Of a stretch of 64,000 nucleotides of DNA, positions 26,162 to 37,446 are shown piece by piece. How positions within the stretch are numbered: the stretch's first letter is position 1; each line of letters opens with the position of its first letter. The notes below the pieces were generated by a model. That model was not told the DNA's origin. It ran no database searches and was given only the letters and a program-made list of their open reading frames with translations. The translations under genes were made by a program, and so were the position numbers. Source of the stretch: Takakia lepidozioides (Eukaryota; Plantae; Bryophyta); NCBI GenBank assembly GCA_030704615.1, contig CM060733.1:54436001-54500000 (forward strand). Direction: 5' to 3'.

Positions 26162-29100
26162 TGTCGCGGCCCTTTACCTTGAGGGCAGGGGGTCGGGACA
26201 CATGAGGGGCTGCCCCTGTGGTGGGGGCAGCGGCAGCGATAGGTATGGGGGGCTGAAGCACCCTTGAGTGCCCAAGGCACTCAAGGAGGCGGAGGCGCTC
26301 ACTAGGTGGAGCCCCGCACACCGGGTTGCGGTGGGGGTGGCTCCACAAGGGGTGGTGGTAGCTTAGCGGGACTTAGTGGGGGTGGCATAGGACTCACCAT
26401 GGGGGCGGAGACCTCGTGGTGGGAGTCGTGGGGAGTCTTGGGACTCATCACGGTCCATAGGGGCCGTGGTGAGTGGGCCAAGACTCACCGCGACTCATCA
26501 CCGGGTGTCGAGGGTTTTCGTGGTGGTTCGCCATAAAATGGCATGGCTGGTTGTGAAACCCCCGCGGACAGCTACAAAAGTATATATAAGGGGAGTAGTG
26601 ACCCCGAGAACGGTGCAAGCCCGTTGGTGACCAAAAACTAGTGAGTAAGCGAGCGAGCCGGAAAGCGACCAAAGAGTGGGGAGCTGTTCCGGACTGCCAT
26701 CTACCAAAGGGAATTCCACTAGGCCCAAATAGGTGGAGGGTTTAGTGGGAGAGCAAAGGGGGACCGTTATGTCCCGGTGAGCAGCCGAAGCTCCAAGTTG
26801 GCCCGGCGGCCAGGTTGGGAGTCAGGCGCGCGCATCAAAGCGAGTAACTATGATTTGAAGGGGAGCTTACCGAAGTGAGGTGCGCGACACTTGGTATCAG
26901 AGCTTAGAGTTCAGTACGCGATCGTCCTTGGGATTGGCCTCATCATGGGGTCGGGCAAGCCAAAGCGAAAGCGGAACGGCCCAAAAGATGATGATCCTGG
27001 TGAGCCCGATGGGGGCGACGTGTCACGGAAGCGACGCAGGTTTCTGAAAACGAGGCCGCTCAAGAGCGGGAGGAATCCGAGGAGTCGGAGCCCGAGGAAT
27101 CCCTGAGAGCTCCGACAGACCAACAGATGCCTCCCATGCCGGCAGCTTTTTGGGAAGGGTTGTTGGCGCAGTTTGGCGGGACGTTGAAAGACGTGTTGAA
27201 GGCGGCTAATGCCACTTCCGCTAAGGCAAAGTTTAAGGTGAAGCCTAAGGAACCCGGCACCTTCGAGGGCGTCCGAAATCGGAAGGCACTCAACACCTGG
27301 CTCTTGGAGCTGGAGCAGTACTTCCGGGCGGCCAAGTTGAGTGACGAGGATCGGGTGGAAGTGGCTCCCACCTATTTGAGGGGCTATGCTCAACAATGGT
27401 GGCAGAAACGCCTTCACGACCGAGGGCCAAGTCCGGAAACCTTGAACTGGAGTGGGTTCAAGGAATTGATGAAGCGACAGTTTGTGCCCCTCAATGCGTC
27501 CTGGCTTGCCCGGGACAAGATGAGGAATTTGAAGCAAACAGATGACATTCGGGGGTACGTCCAGGCTTTCAATGTGCTGTTGCTCGAAGTCGCGGACATG
27601 GCAGAACCAGAAATGGTCTTCAACTTTGTGGCGGGACTGGCCCATGGGCCAGGCGGAAGTTGGAGGAGAAGCCACCCAAGACTTTGAACGAGGCAATTGA
27701 GAGGGCTGAATGTTTCTCGGATGTCCCTAGGGGTGAAAGACAAGGCCGTACGGAGCTGAACCACAAGAAGATTCGGCGGGAAGGTGACTCCTTCCGACCG
27801 GAAAAGAAGTGGGATAGGCCACGCGGGGACAATGGCACGTGGAAATCGAAGGGAGGGCCATCACAAGTCAAGGCGACACCCGGTGCTTCGAAAGGAAAAG
27901 CGGGTGGAGCGGCCTATGGCAGACAGAAGACAACCTTTGATGGAGTGTGTTTCAATTGTGGGGAGCCCGGGGACATGGCCAAGAAGTGCACGAAGCCCCG
28001 GCAATTGAACATGACTCGGACGACCACAGAGCTATCGGAAGATACCATCAGTCGCTTGGTGGAAGCGGTGGTCGCCAGGACTTGCAAGGTAGGCAAATAT
28101 TCTTGTGAGTTGTATCAGGAAACTGGCGCATTGCGTAAAGGGAGTCACTTATTGTTCGTGGATGGGATAATATCCGGACCTAACGTGTCATTGTTGGTGG
28201 ACAAAGGAGCGTCGCACTCCTTCATGACACCGGCAACGGCACAAAAGCTGGGACTCCCGACAACTGACGTAGGGGCCTCTATTGAGGTGCGTTCTGCCAA
28301 AGGAGAACCGCAATTGGCGACGAGGTTGGCGTTCGATGTTCCTCTTCAACTGGGGAGTTGGGAGGGACGTGAGAACTTCACCGTCTGCGAGATCGATGGA
28401 GTGGATCTCATTTTGGGGATGACATTTTTGAGAAAATCCGGAGCTGTCATAGATGGCCGCAAGAGGGTAGTCACGCTGCCATGTTGGAATGGTGGCGAGG
28501 TCTTACGAGTTTCGGAAACGCCCAAACCCGTGGGAGGGCGAATAAACCTTCTGTCAGCAAGGGAGTGGGCCATGGAGGAGGCACACGAGCCCCAGTTTTC
28601 GATCGTCTGCGAGATCGATGGAGTGGATCTCATTTTGGGGATGACCTTTTTGAGCAAATCCGGAGCGGTCATAGATGGCCGCAAGAGGGTAGTCACGCTG
28701 CCATGTTGGAATGGTGGCGAGGTCTTACGAGTTTCGGAAACGCCCAAACCCGTGAGAGGGCGAATAAACCTTCTGTCAGCAAGGGAGTGGGCCATGGAGG
28801 AGGCACACGAGCCCCAGTTTTTGCTCTACATTAGAGAAGTGAAGGGAGAAGGCGATGGAGAGCCGAGCCCAGATTGGATCAAGGGGATTTTGGAGAAATA
28901 CCATGATGTGATGCCGGAGGATTTGCCAAGCGGCTTGCCACCGCGAAGAGGAGTTGACCACAAGATTGAGGTGATACCGGGATCGGAACCGCCTGCCAAG
29001 GCGCCCTACCGGTTGAGCCACAGAGAGTTGGTCGAGCTGAAGACTCAGCTCAAGGATCTAATGTCAAAGGGGTACATCCGGCCGAGTAAGTCACCGTACG

Positions 29101-32100
29101 GAGCCCCGGTGCTATTTGCAGACAAGAAGGATGGGACGCTGCGGATGTGTGTCGATTATAGGGCTCTGAATAAGGTGACTATCAAAAACCGGTACCCTTT
29201 GCCAAGGATCGACGACCTCTTTGATCGGTTGGCAGGAGCGAAGTATTTCAGCCGGATCGACTTGCGCTCCGGCTATCATCAAATTCGGGTGGCGGAAGGA
29301 GATGAGGAGAAGACCGCATGCAGGACAAGGTATGGTTCATATGAGTTCTTGGTGATGCCTTTTGGGCTCACCAATGCACCAGCGACATTTAGCACGCTGA
29401 TGAACAGCCTTTCCAGGAGTGGTTGGATGACTTTGTGATCGTGTACATCGACGACATCTTGGTGTATTCGAAAACAAAGGAGGAGCACTTGGAGCACCTC
29501 AAAAGGGTGTTCCAAAAATTGCGAGAATGGAAGCTGTATGCCAAAGCTTCAAAGTGCGAATTCGGGGTCACAAAAGTGGAGTTCCTGGAGCATGTGATTA
29601 CACAGGATGGGATCAGAATGGATGACAGGAAGGTGAGGGCAATTTTGGACTGGGAGCCTCCGACTTCGGTCCCGGGAGTGCGATCCTTCCTAGGACTCGC
29701 CTCCTATTACCGGAAGTATGTGAGAAATTTCGCCAAAATCGCGGGGCCGCTGTCAGACCTTCTGTGTAAATCTAAAGTCTGGGCATGGAACACATTTTGT
29801 GGCCAAGCTTTTGCTGAATTGAAGCAGCGGATGGCGGAAGCTCCAGTCTTGAAAATCCCGGAGATCGATCGTCCGTTCGAGATACATACAGATGCGTCGG
29901 ACTTCGCGATTGGGGGAGTACTGATGCAAGATGGACGTCCAGTGGCTTACGAAAGTAAGAAATTGAATGAAGTGGAGCGACGGTGGCCGACGCACGAGAA
30001 AGAGATGAAGGCGGTGGTGCACTGTCTTGAGCTTTGGCGCCACTATGTTGGTTCCAACCCAGTGAAGGTGTTCACGGACAATGTCACGGTGCCACGCAGC
30101 CCAAGTTGTCCCCAAAACTACGTAGGTGGCAAGATACTTTGGCGGTGTTCGATGTGGATATCCAGTACAAACCGGGACGAGACAACGTGGTGGCTGATGC
30201 TTTAAGTAGAAAGCAGCAGCTCTTGTTGATGTACAAGGGTGAGACGGCGCTCCAAAGGAAGATCCGGAAGGCTTGCCGGAAGGATGAGCTGGCGAAGTCC
30301 GTGATGCAGGACTTGAGGATGGGAGTGAAATCGCAGTTCCACTTGCAAAATGGACTGCTCCGGTATAAGCAAAAGCGTCTCTACGTGTCGAAGGGAGGGA
30401 TCAGAGATAGCCTCTTGAGAGAATGCCATGATAGCCCGCTTGCGGGCCACGGCGGAGCCAAGCGCATTGCGGCACTCTTGAAGAAAGAGTATTTCTGGCC
30501 CAAACTGAGGGAGGAGGCAGAGGAGTATGTCAAGACATGCACCACATGCCAACAAAACCGGAGCGAGTACAAAAAGCAAGCGGGGCTGTTACAATCCTTG
30601 CCGATTCCAGAGGGGACTTGGGAAAGCGTCTCGATGGATTTCATGACTGCTATGCCGCTGTCAAAAGGATTCGATGCAATCATGGTGGTGGTGGATAGGT
30701 TCAGTAAAATGGGCCATTTCATCCCCACCAAGGAGACGGCAACGGCGCAGGAGATAGGGCGACTTTACTTTGTCCACGTCTTAAAGCATCATGGAGTCCC
30801 GAAGGATATTGTCTCGGACCGCGATCCAAAGTTTACGAGTAAATTCTAGAGAGCACTTTGGAAGAAGATGGGGACGAGGCTGAAGATGGGCACCGCCTTC
30901 CGACCTACGACGGACGGCCAAATGGAAAGAGTGAATTCCGTAGTGAAGCAATTCTTGCGGAATTACGTGTCGGCAGACCAATCAAACTGGATGGAACACT
31001 TAGACGCGGCAGAGTTCTGTTATAATAACACAGAACACTCCACAACGGGAGTTTCCCTTTTCGTATTGGTCTATGGAAAAGCACCTCTGGTGCCGACAAG
31101 TTGGGCCGCCCAGGACGTTGAGGAACCGGCAGTAGCGGCGGTACTGGAAGAACGCGAGCGTTTGTTGAAGCTCGCAAAGTACAACATTGCCAAAGCTAGG
31201 AAACGGTACGAAAGGCAGGCGAATCGAAAGCGGAGGGAAGTGAAGTTTGAGGCAGGCACGGAAGTCTGGTTGAACATCAAGAATTTCCGACTACCTCCGG
31301 AAGTGAGTCCGAAGTTCGTACCTCCGTATGCGGGACCCTTTCGCATTCGGAAGGTTATGAATGAGGATGTGTATGAATTGGAGCTGCCGGCAAACAGCAA
31401 GGTGCACCCAGTATTCCATGTCCCCCTTTTGAAGCCTTACTTCAAAGATGAAGCGCGTCCGAATCGGCATCAAATGTTGCGTCCGCCACCTATGCTGTTG
31501 GATCATGAAAATGAACCTGAGTACGAGGTAGAGGCAATACTTAAGTCGAGGAGGTTCAAGAACCGACAAACGGAGTATCTCGTCAAATGGAAGGGCTATC
31601 ATCATGTGGAGGCATCTTGGATGCGTGCCTTAGAAATGGGAAACGCATCCGAGGCGGTTGCAGCTTTCGAAGGGCGACCTCAAAAGCGGAAGAAGCGTTG
31701 ATGGGGACATCAACCTTGGAGCATGGGGGAGGAAATACAAGCTATAAATGAAATGGCTTCCAAATGTTGTGCGTCCTATTTTGTTTGGAATGATGATGCG
31801 TGGTATGGTTGGCTAGTGTGTAGAATGCATGCTAGCTTATAAAAGTGGGAGAGGTAAATTGGGTTAATCGTGTGTTTGCGTAGTGCCGAAATCGGGTGAC
31901 CCCCATCCGAGGGGCAAAGAAACTTGCGGCTTCTTTGGGAGTTCACGTGCTAGTGCGCACCTGGCGCGTGCGCGTACTATAACTGCGCTACCGAGGGGGT
32001 TGCCTTGTAGTGCGGGCTAACGCGGAAGCCACGTGCTTCCGTTCACGTACTATAATCGTGTAGCCTCGGGACGAAGTCATAGTGCGGCTTCGACGTGTTC

Positions 32101-33272
32101 CCGTACCTCAGGCCAGCATTCCAAGGCGGACCCAATTGTAGTGATTGGGGCGCACGGTTGGTTCAAGGTTATATTCCTAGTCAAAGAGGGTTCCAGGTGA
32201 ACCCTTGCTCAAGGTGATGCCAAAAACGGCATCATGAGCGGTCGCAAGCAATGTTGTTGCAGTAAGGCAATTCGATCCTCAGGGAGGATCGTTCCTTGGC
32301 CTTGAAGTAGGCCAAGAAGAGTGCACTGGGAGGAGCTGGATAGGCTCCACCCTTGGCCGGGACTTGGAGGAAGTCGGCCGAACTAGCTAGTGGAGAGTAG
32401 AGTCAAGTGTGGGGTTTGGTTCTTTGCCATGGGACGCCATGGTGCGGAAACAAACTCCTTGATGTGGGACGCCACAACTTGGATGTTCATTTCTACAAAA
32501 TGGACAAGTCGATGAGGACATCGACTCCCTGTTGGTAGGGGTGTGTGTCGCGGCCCTTTGCCTTGAGGGCAGGGGGTCGGGACACATGAGGGGCTGCCCC
32601 TGTGGTGGGGGCAGCGGCAGCGATAGGTATGGGGGGCTGAAGCACCCTTGAGTGCCCAAGGCACTCAAGGAGGCGGAGGCGCTCACTAGGTGGAGCCCCG
32701 CACACCGGGTTGCGGTGGGGGTGGCTCCACAAGGGGTGGTGGTAGCTTAGCGGGACTTAGTGGGGGTGGCATAGGACTCACCATGGGGGCGGAGACCCGT
32801 GGTGGGAGTCGTGGGGAGTCTTGGGACTCATCACGGTCCATAGGGGCCGTGGTGAGTGGGCAAAGACTCACCGCGACTCATCACCGGGTGTCGAGGGTTT
32901 TCGTGGTGGTTCGCCATAAAATGGCATGGCTGGTTGTGAAACCCCCGCGGACAGCTACAAAAGTATATATAAGGGGAGTAGTGACCCCGAGAATGGTGCA
33001 AGCCCGTTGGTGACCAAAAACTAGTGAGTAAGCGAGCGAGCCGGAAAGCGACCAAAAAGTGGGGAGCTGTTCCGGACTGCCATCTACCAAAGGGAATTCC
33101 ACTAGGCCCAAGTAGGTGGAGGGTTTAGTGGGAGAGCAAAGGGGGACTGTTATGTCCCGGTGAGCAGCCGAAGCTCCAAGTTGGCCCGGCGGCCAGGTTG
33201 GGAGTCATGTGCGTGCATCAAAGCGAGTAACTATGACTTGAAGGGGAGCTTACCGAAGTGAGGTGCGCGACA
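26162..33272 (+). mobile_element. Ty3/gypsy chromovirus, Galadriel-like, copy 1 (full length, disabled)
   Basis: LTRs 26162-26889 and 32546-33272 (TG...CA); 5-bp TSD CATAG; PBS TGGTATCAGAGC (tRNA-Met) at 26892; gag, zinc knuckle, protease, RT (YIDD; [23 protein letters not shown]), RNase H, integrase and chromodomain; several frameshifts and a TAG at 30847. Confidence 0.97.
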
Positions 33273-33484
33273 CATAGAGTAGTTCATTTCCCCCCAGGGT
33301 TTAGCCATTTCCCCCTAGGTTTTAGCCACTTCCCCCTCTATTTCCTTGAGGTTTAGCCTTACCAAGCTAGGGTTTGTGCTCCTTGGGGCTCTATGCTTAA
33401 TCCCCTCAAGCATCCATGAATTCCATGGGGTACCAAGGCAAATTCCCTTGATCTTCTTCACCTTAAGCTACTCATGCTTGTCTC

Positions 33485-33822
33485 CAACTTTCCATCAAAC
33501 TCCCGCAAAACAATCAACACCGGCTCCACCATGTACACAAAATTTGCACATTTCGTCCAGAATCGTCGGAGCGAATGATTGCGCGGACCCTCCGACTTTT
33601 GCTCAAAGACTTGGACTTACGAGAGTCGCGTAAGGTGCTCACATACGCATCCCATTGAGGGTCGATGATCACCTGCTCCAGACCCGCCCTCACAGTCACC
33701 ATTCGATCCGCCATCAAAAAGTTTGTGGCAAAGCGGGTTTCACCCGGGTTCCTAAGGCTATATTTGGGTTTATGCTTTCTAAACAATGCCAGAGGAATGT
33801 GATGTGTACGGATGAACGTCAC
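33485..33822 (-). mobile_element. hAT transposase fragment (middle part, inverted)
   Basis: PGETRFATNFL motif and ...MVEPVLIVLREFDGK. Confidence 0.85.
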
Positions 33823-35336
33823 TGTCATGGTTTTAGTCCTGGTTAACTAGAATTACCTACTTCTAGTTAACTAGGACATTTTGGATATTTATATTTGTAT
33901 TTTGTGTGTTGGAACTTCATTTGGTCTCACATGCCAAGTGAGGTGTCAAACCTCACTTGGGACATGGGGATGGATTTTCCCCTTGTGAGTGTTGAGGAGG
34001 GCTCATCTTCTTGTAGTTGAACCTCCATGAGCCTCTCTCACCTCCATAGCTCTAGGTATTGAGAGGGAGTGTGTTGAGGGCTTTATAGGGTTCCCTTAGC
34101 AAGGGTGCCCTTGGCTTGACTTAGTTTATGTGATTGAGTGGATTCATGAGTGGAGTGTTTTTCTTGTGTTCACTTGACCTTATGCTTGTGAGTGCGGAGT
34201 GTAAGGGTTAGTTTAGCACTTGTGTGTTGAAGAGCTTGGGAAGATAGCTCTTGTGTTGCAAGGTGTTGCATATATTGCAAAGAAAAATCCTTGTGGTGTT
34301 AGGGCTTTGAGAGATATTGCTTTGCCCTAAGGAGGTAGAGAGCTCAAAGATGGAGCTCTTGTAGATCACAAGGCTTGCAAGGAAAGGTGAAGTTGCATGC
34401 ACCAAGGAATTGAGAGCAAGGAGAATTTAGCTCTTGTATTACAAGGTTTGCAAGGGTTACAAGGAAAGGTACTTGTGGTGTTACACGAAGGTGTTGGGGA
34501 GCTCAAGAAGGAGCTTGTTTGCCACAAAATTTGCAAGGATTGCAAGAGGGAAGTCTTGTGTATGTGGAAGCGTGGATTCTACGGTTTGAGAATCATTTCT
34601 ATGCATTATGGAGTCATTGGTGTGTGCCATGGCTTGAGGAGAGCAACTAAAGGATTGTTAGTGCTCATTTCACTATCAATCTAGGGTTAAGCAAGCTCAA
34701 TTGTGGATGTTGTGGAAGAGAAGCCAAGGAGCTACATAGGCTTGGGCTTGAAGACAACAAGGGCAAGCATTTGGATAGCATTAGGAAGCTCAAGAGGTTT
34801 GAAGGGAAGCATATGGGTGAAAATTCTATCCATGATGATGTGAAACCAAGCCTAGATCATTGAAGAGCTTGGAGCACATGTGGGAGATCATTGGAGGTGG
34901 TCATCATGAAAAAAATAGATTGTGGCTCAAGACATGCATAACAACTTCAACCATACATTAGCATGTGACAAGACAAGGAAAGGGAAGATGAAGCTCATGT
35001 GTTCATTCCCTTTTGGCTTAAGTTTTGTGGTGGATGGTTGATCAAGCAAGTGATGCTTATGTGGAGCATGCTTCCCAAGTGTGGCTTCCAATTTCAAGCT
35101 TGAGGAGAGCTAGAAGGTAAAGAGAGCAAGTTGATTCCCTTGTGTATGAGGTGATGTATGTGTGGAGCATGCTTTTGGCTTGAGCTTTGCAATTTTAAGC
35201 TTGAGAGGAGTGGCTCTTGAGCTAGCAAGTGAATGGAGCTTGAATGATCAAGGCTTGAGAGAGAGACAAGGCTTGGTGGCTTGCCAAATGAGGTACAAGC
35301 TTGATTTTGAGTTCCAATGAGAAATTGAGCTTGTTG
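33823..35336. repeat. Remaining part of the long LTR-like sequence, inverted relative to 25121-33488
   Basis: Begins TGTCATGG; non-coding; its reverse complement joins 33488 through CAAC microhomology. Confidence 0.55.
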
Positions 35337-35829
35337 TCAATAATGGGTAAAACATGGCTGATATTGGAAAACCTTCAGAAGCACGTGCAATCCTTGATGC
35401 GTCCTCCATTATCTATGGACGATGATTTGGCGGCAAGGACCGATGATGCATTTTACGACCACAAACGGATGGTTCGTACGGACTTGCATTATGCGGGGGC
35501 CTTGCTAAATCCATTCTTGCTGGACAATACGGATTTGAGAGATGATGTGGATGCCAAAGCTGGGCTTGTACGGGTCATCATGCAACTCGTGCCCTTGAAT
35601 ATTGCAGAGCGAGCTTTGTCCGAGTACCAGTGCTTATCAGATCGCCAGAATCCTTTCCATGACATGCCGGATCCAAAAGCAATGGACATGTTGTCATATG
35701 AATGGTGGGATCTGATTGGAGCTGGAGCAAGAACGTTAGCTCCCATTGCAAAGCGTAATCTTGCTCAAGTGTGCTCTGTCTTGTCCTGTGAGCGGAACTG
35801 GAGCAGTTACTCGTTTGTTCACAACAAGA
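35333..35829 (+). mobile_element. hAT transposase fragment (C-terminal dimerisation region)
   Basis: LHYAGALLNP, EWWDLIG, LAQVCSVLSCERNWSSYSFVHNK. Confidence 0.88.
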
Positions 35830-37446
35830 TTTTTTGATTTGTGAGGGAGTGGAGCGCCGTGAGGTGGATTGCTTTGAAACATTTGTGGATAGGGGGGATG
35901 AGGATTCTAAAGTTGTCAAGTAGAGCAACGATACTGGCATTGTGGATACCTCCCTTGGTTCCGACAGTGATAACAGAAAACGGGCCGGTATTCCAGCTGT
36001 GCCGGCGGATTGCAAGGATGAGCGGAGCATATTTTTGCCATTTTTCCAAGATCGAGTCATTGGGATAGGAATATGTGAACTCTATGAGATGTATAGCAAG
36101 GTTTGGGGAGGGTGTAGTGGGTGGCGGTGTGTTAGTTGGTAGGCCTAGGACAGTAGGATATCAGGACAGAGCCTGGCGGGGCAGGTGCATGGTAAGCGGG
36201 TGCATGAAAACTCCTGAGTACCCGCTGTTACTGGCAGTCACCCGAGATTTTCTTTGCTTGCCCCGTGAGAAGGTGATGGCTCGAAACAGGTTTGAATCTA
36301 TCCTACTTTGTCTACATCTTGTTGACAATTCCTCCTTGGTGGTTGATCGCTCGAGTCCTCTGTATGACAAGGTGGGGAAGGTCCGTTGGCTGTGTAATGA
36401 AATAGTGGCAAGATGCAAGAATTTTGGGAATATGAACAAGATGATAACCATGGACGAGGTGATGATACGGTACAAAGGCAAATACTGTGCCATCCGACAG
36501 TATATGCCCAAGAAACCGATTAAATGAGGCATAAAAGTGTGGGACTTTGTTGTTTCTCTCACTAGTTATGTGTATGATTTTGACCTGTATTGTGGAAAGA
36601 TGGGGGGCCTAAGGGCATGAGAGAGAAGAGTGGCAAGGGTGAGGGGTGCGATGTAGTAGCCAGGTTGGTTTCTCCATTGCATGGGCTTGGTCATGTCATG
36701 GTGACCAACAATTTCTTCACCAGCCCTCAATTACTGTATGATATGGCCTTGCTTGGCACATGGGCCACTGGCACAGTGAGATTGAATCGCAAGGGTCTGC
36801 TCCCTGCCTTGATTGCCATGAAAAAATCCAAGGCAGCCCGGCAGGGGGACTCTTGGTTCAAGATGCATGTGACATGGTAGATTGCTGCAGTGTTGTGGTG
36901 GGACAAAAATGGGGTTTTTTTGGTGTCTTTTGTAGCTCGGCCAGCTAGTGGGCCACTTCGCTAGTGATTGTGCGCCGATTTGTTGGGAACCAAAGGATTC
37001 AGATTAGTGTGTCCATGCACGTCCAATATCAGACATACATGAGAGGTGTGGATGTTCATGATCAGCTCCGAGGTGCATACAACAAGCAATTGAAAACACA
37101 CAAATGGTGGCACCATGTTTTCTTTTTCTTGTTGGACACTAGTATGGTGAATGCTTACTTGTTACACAGGGAGCACTTCAAAAGCATGGGCCTTGTTGTA
37201 ATTACCCATCTTGAGTTCAACATGAGGATGACCCACTGTTTGACTGCCGGCATGACTGGCATAGTGCTTGTGACATCAGTGTATGGAGAGGGGCGTGCAT
37301 CAGTGCATCAGTGCCTACATTCTTCTCTTCGGCGGCTTCGTGCAAGATGCCACAGGAGGACCCACTTCTATTGTCCCCACTGCCACGGGACTTACATATG
37401 CCTTGGGGATTGTTGGCGTGATGCCCATCGGATACTTGTGAGGTGA
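35830..37446 (+). mobile_element. piggyBac-family (DDE_Tnp_1_7) transposase pseudogene
   Basis: MARNRFESILLCLH, ITMDEVMIRYKG...RQYMPKKPIK*GIK, NNFFTS...GTVRLNRKG, YMRGVDVHDQ...KWW...FLLDTSMVNAY and a C-terminal Cys-rich domain (T.FYCPHC...CLGDCW..AH); stops and frameshifts; left boundary approximate. Confidence 0.88.

Noticed and set aside
26089-26728. Short ORFs repeated in every chromovirus LTR and antisense to pol
   Set aside because: They recur only because the LTR/pol DNA recurs, are broken by indels between copies, and show no recognisable domain.
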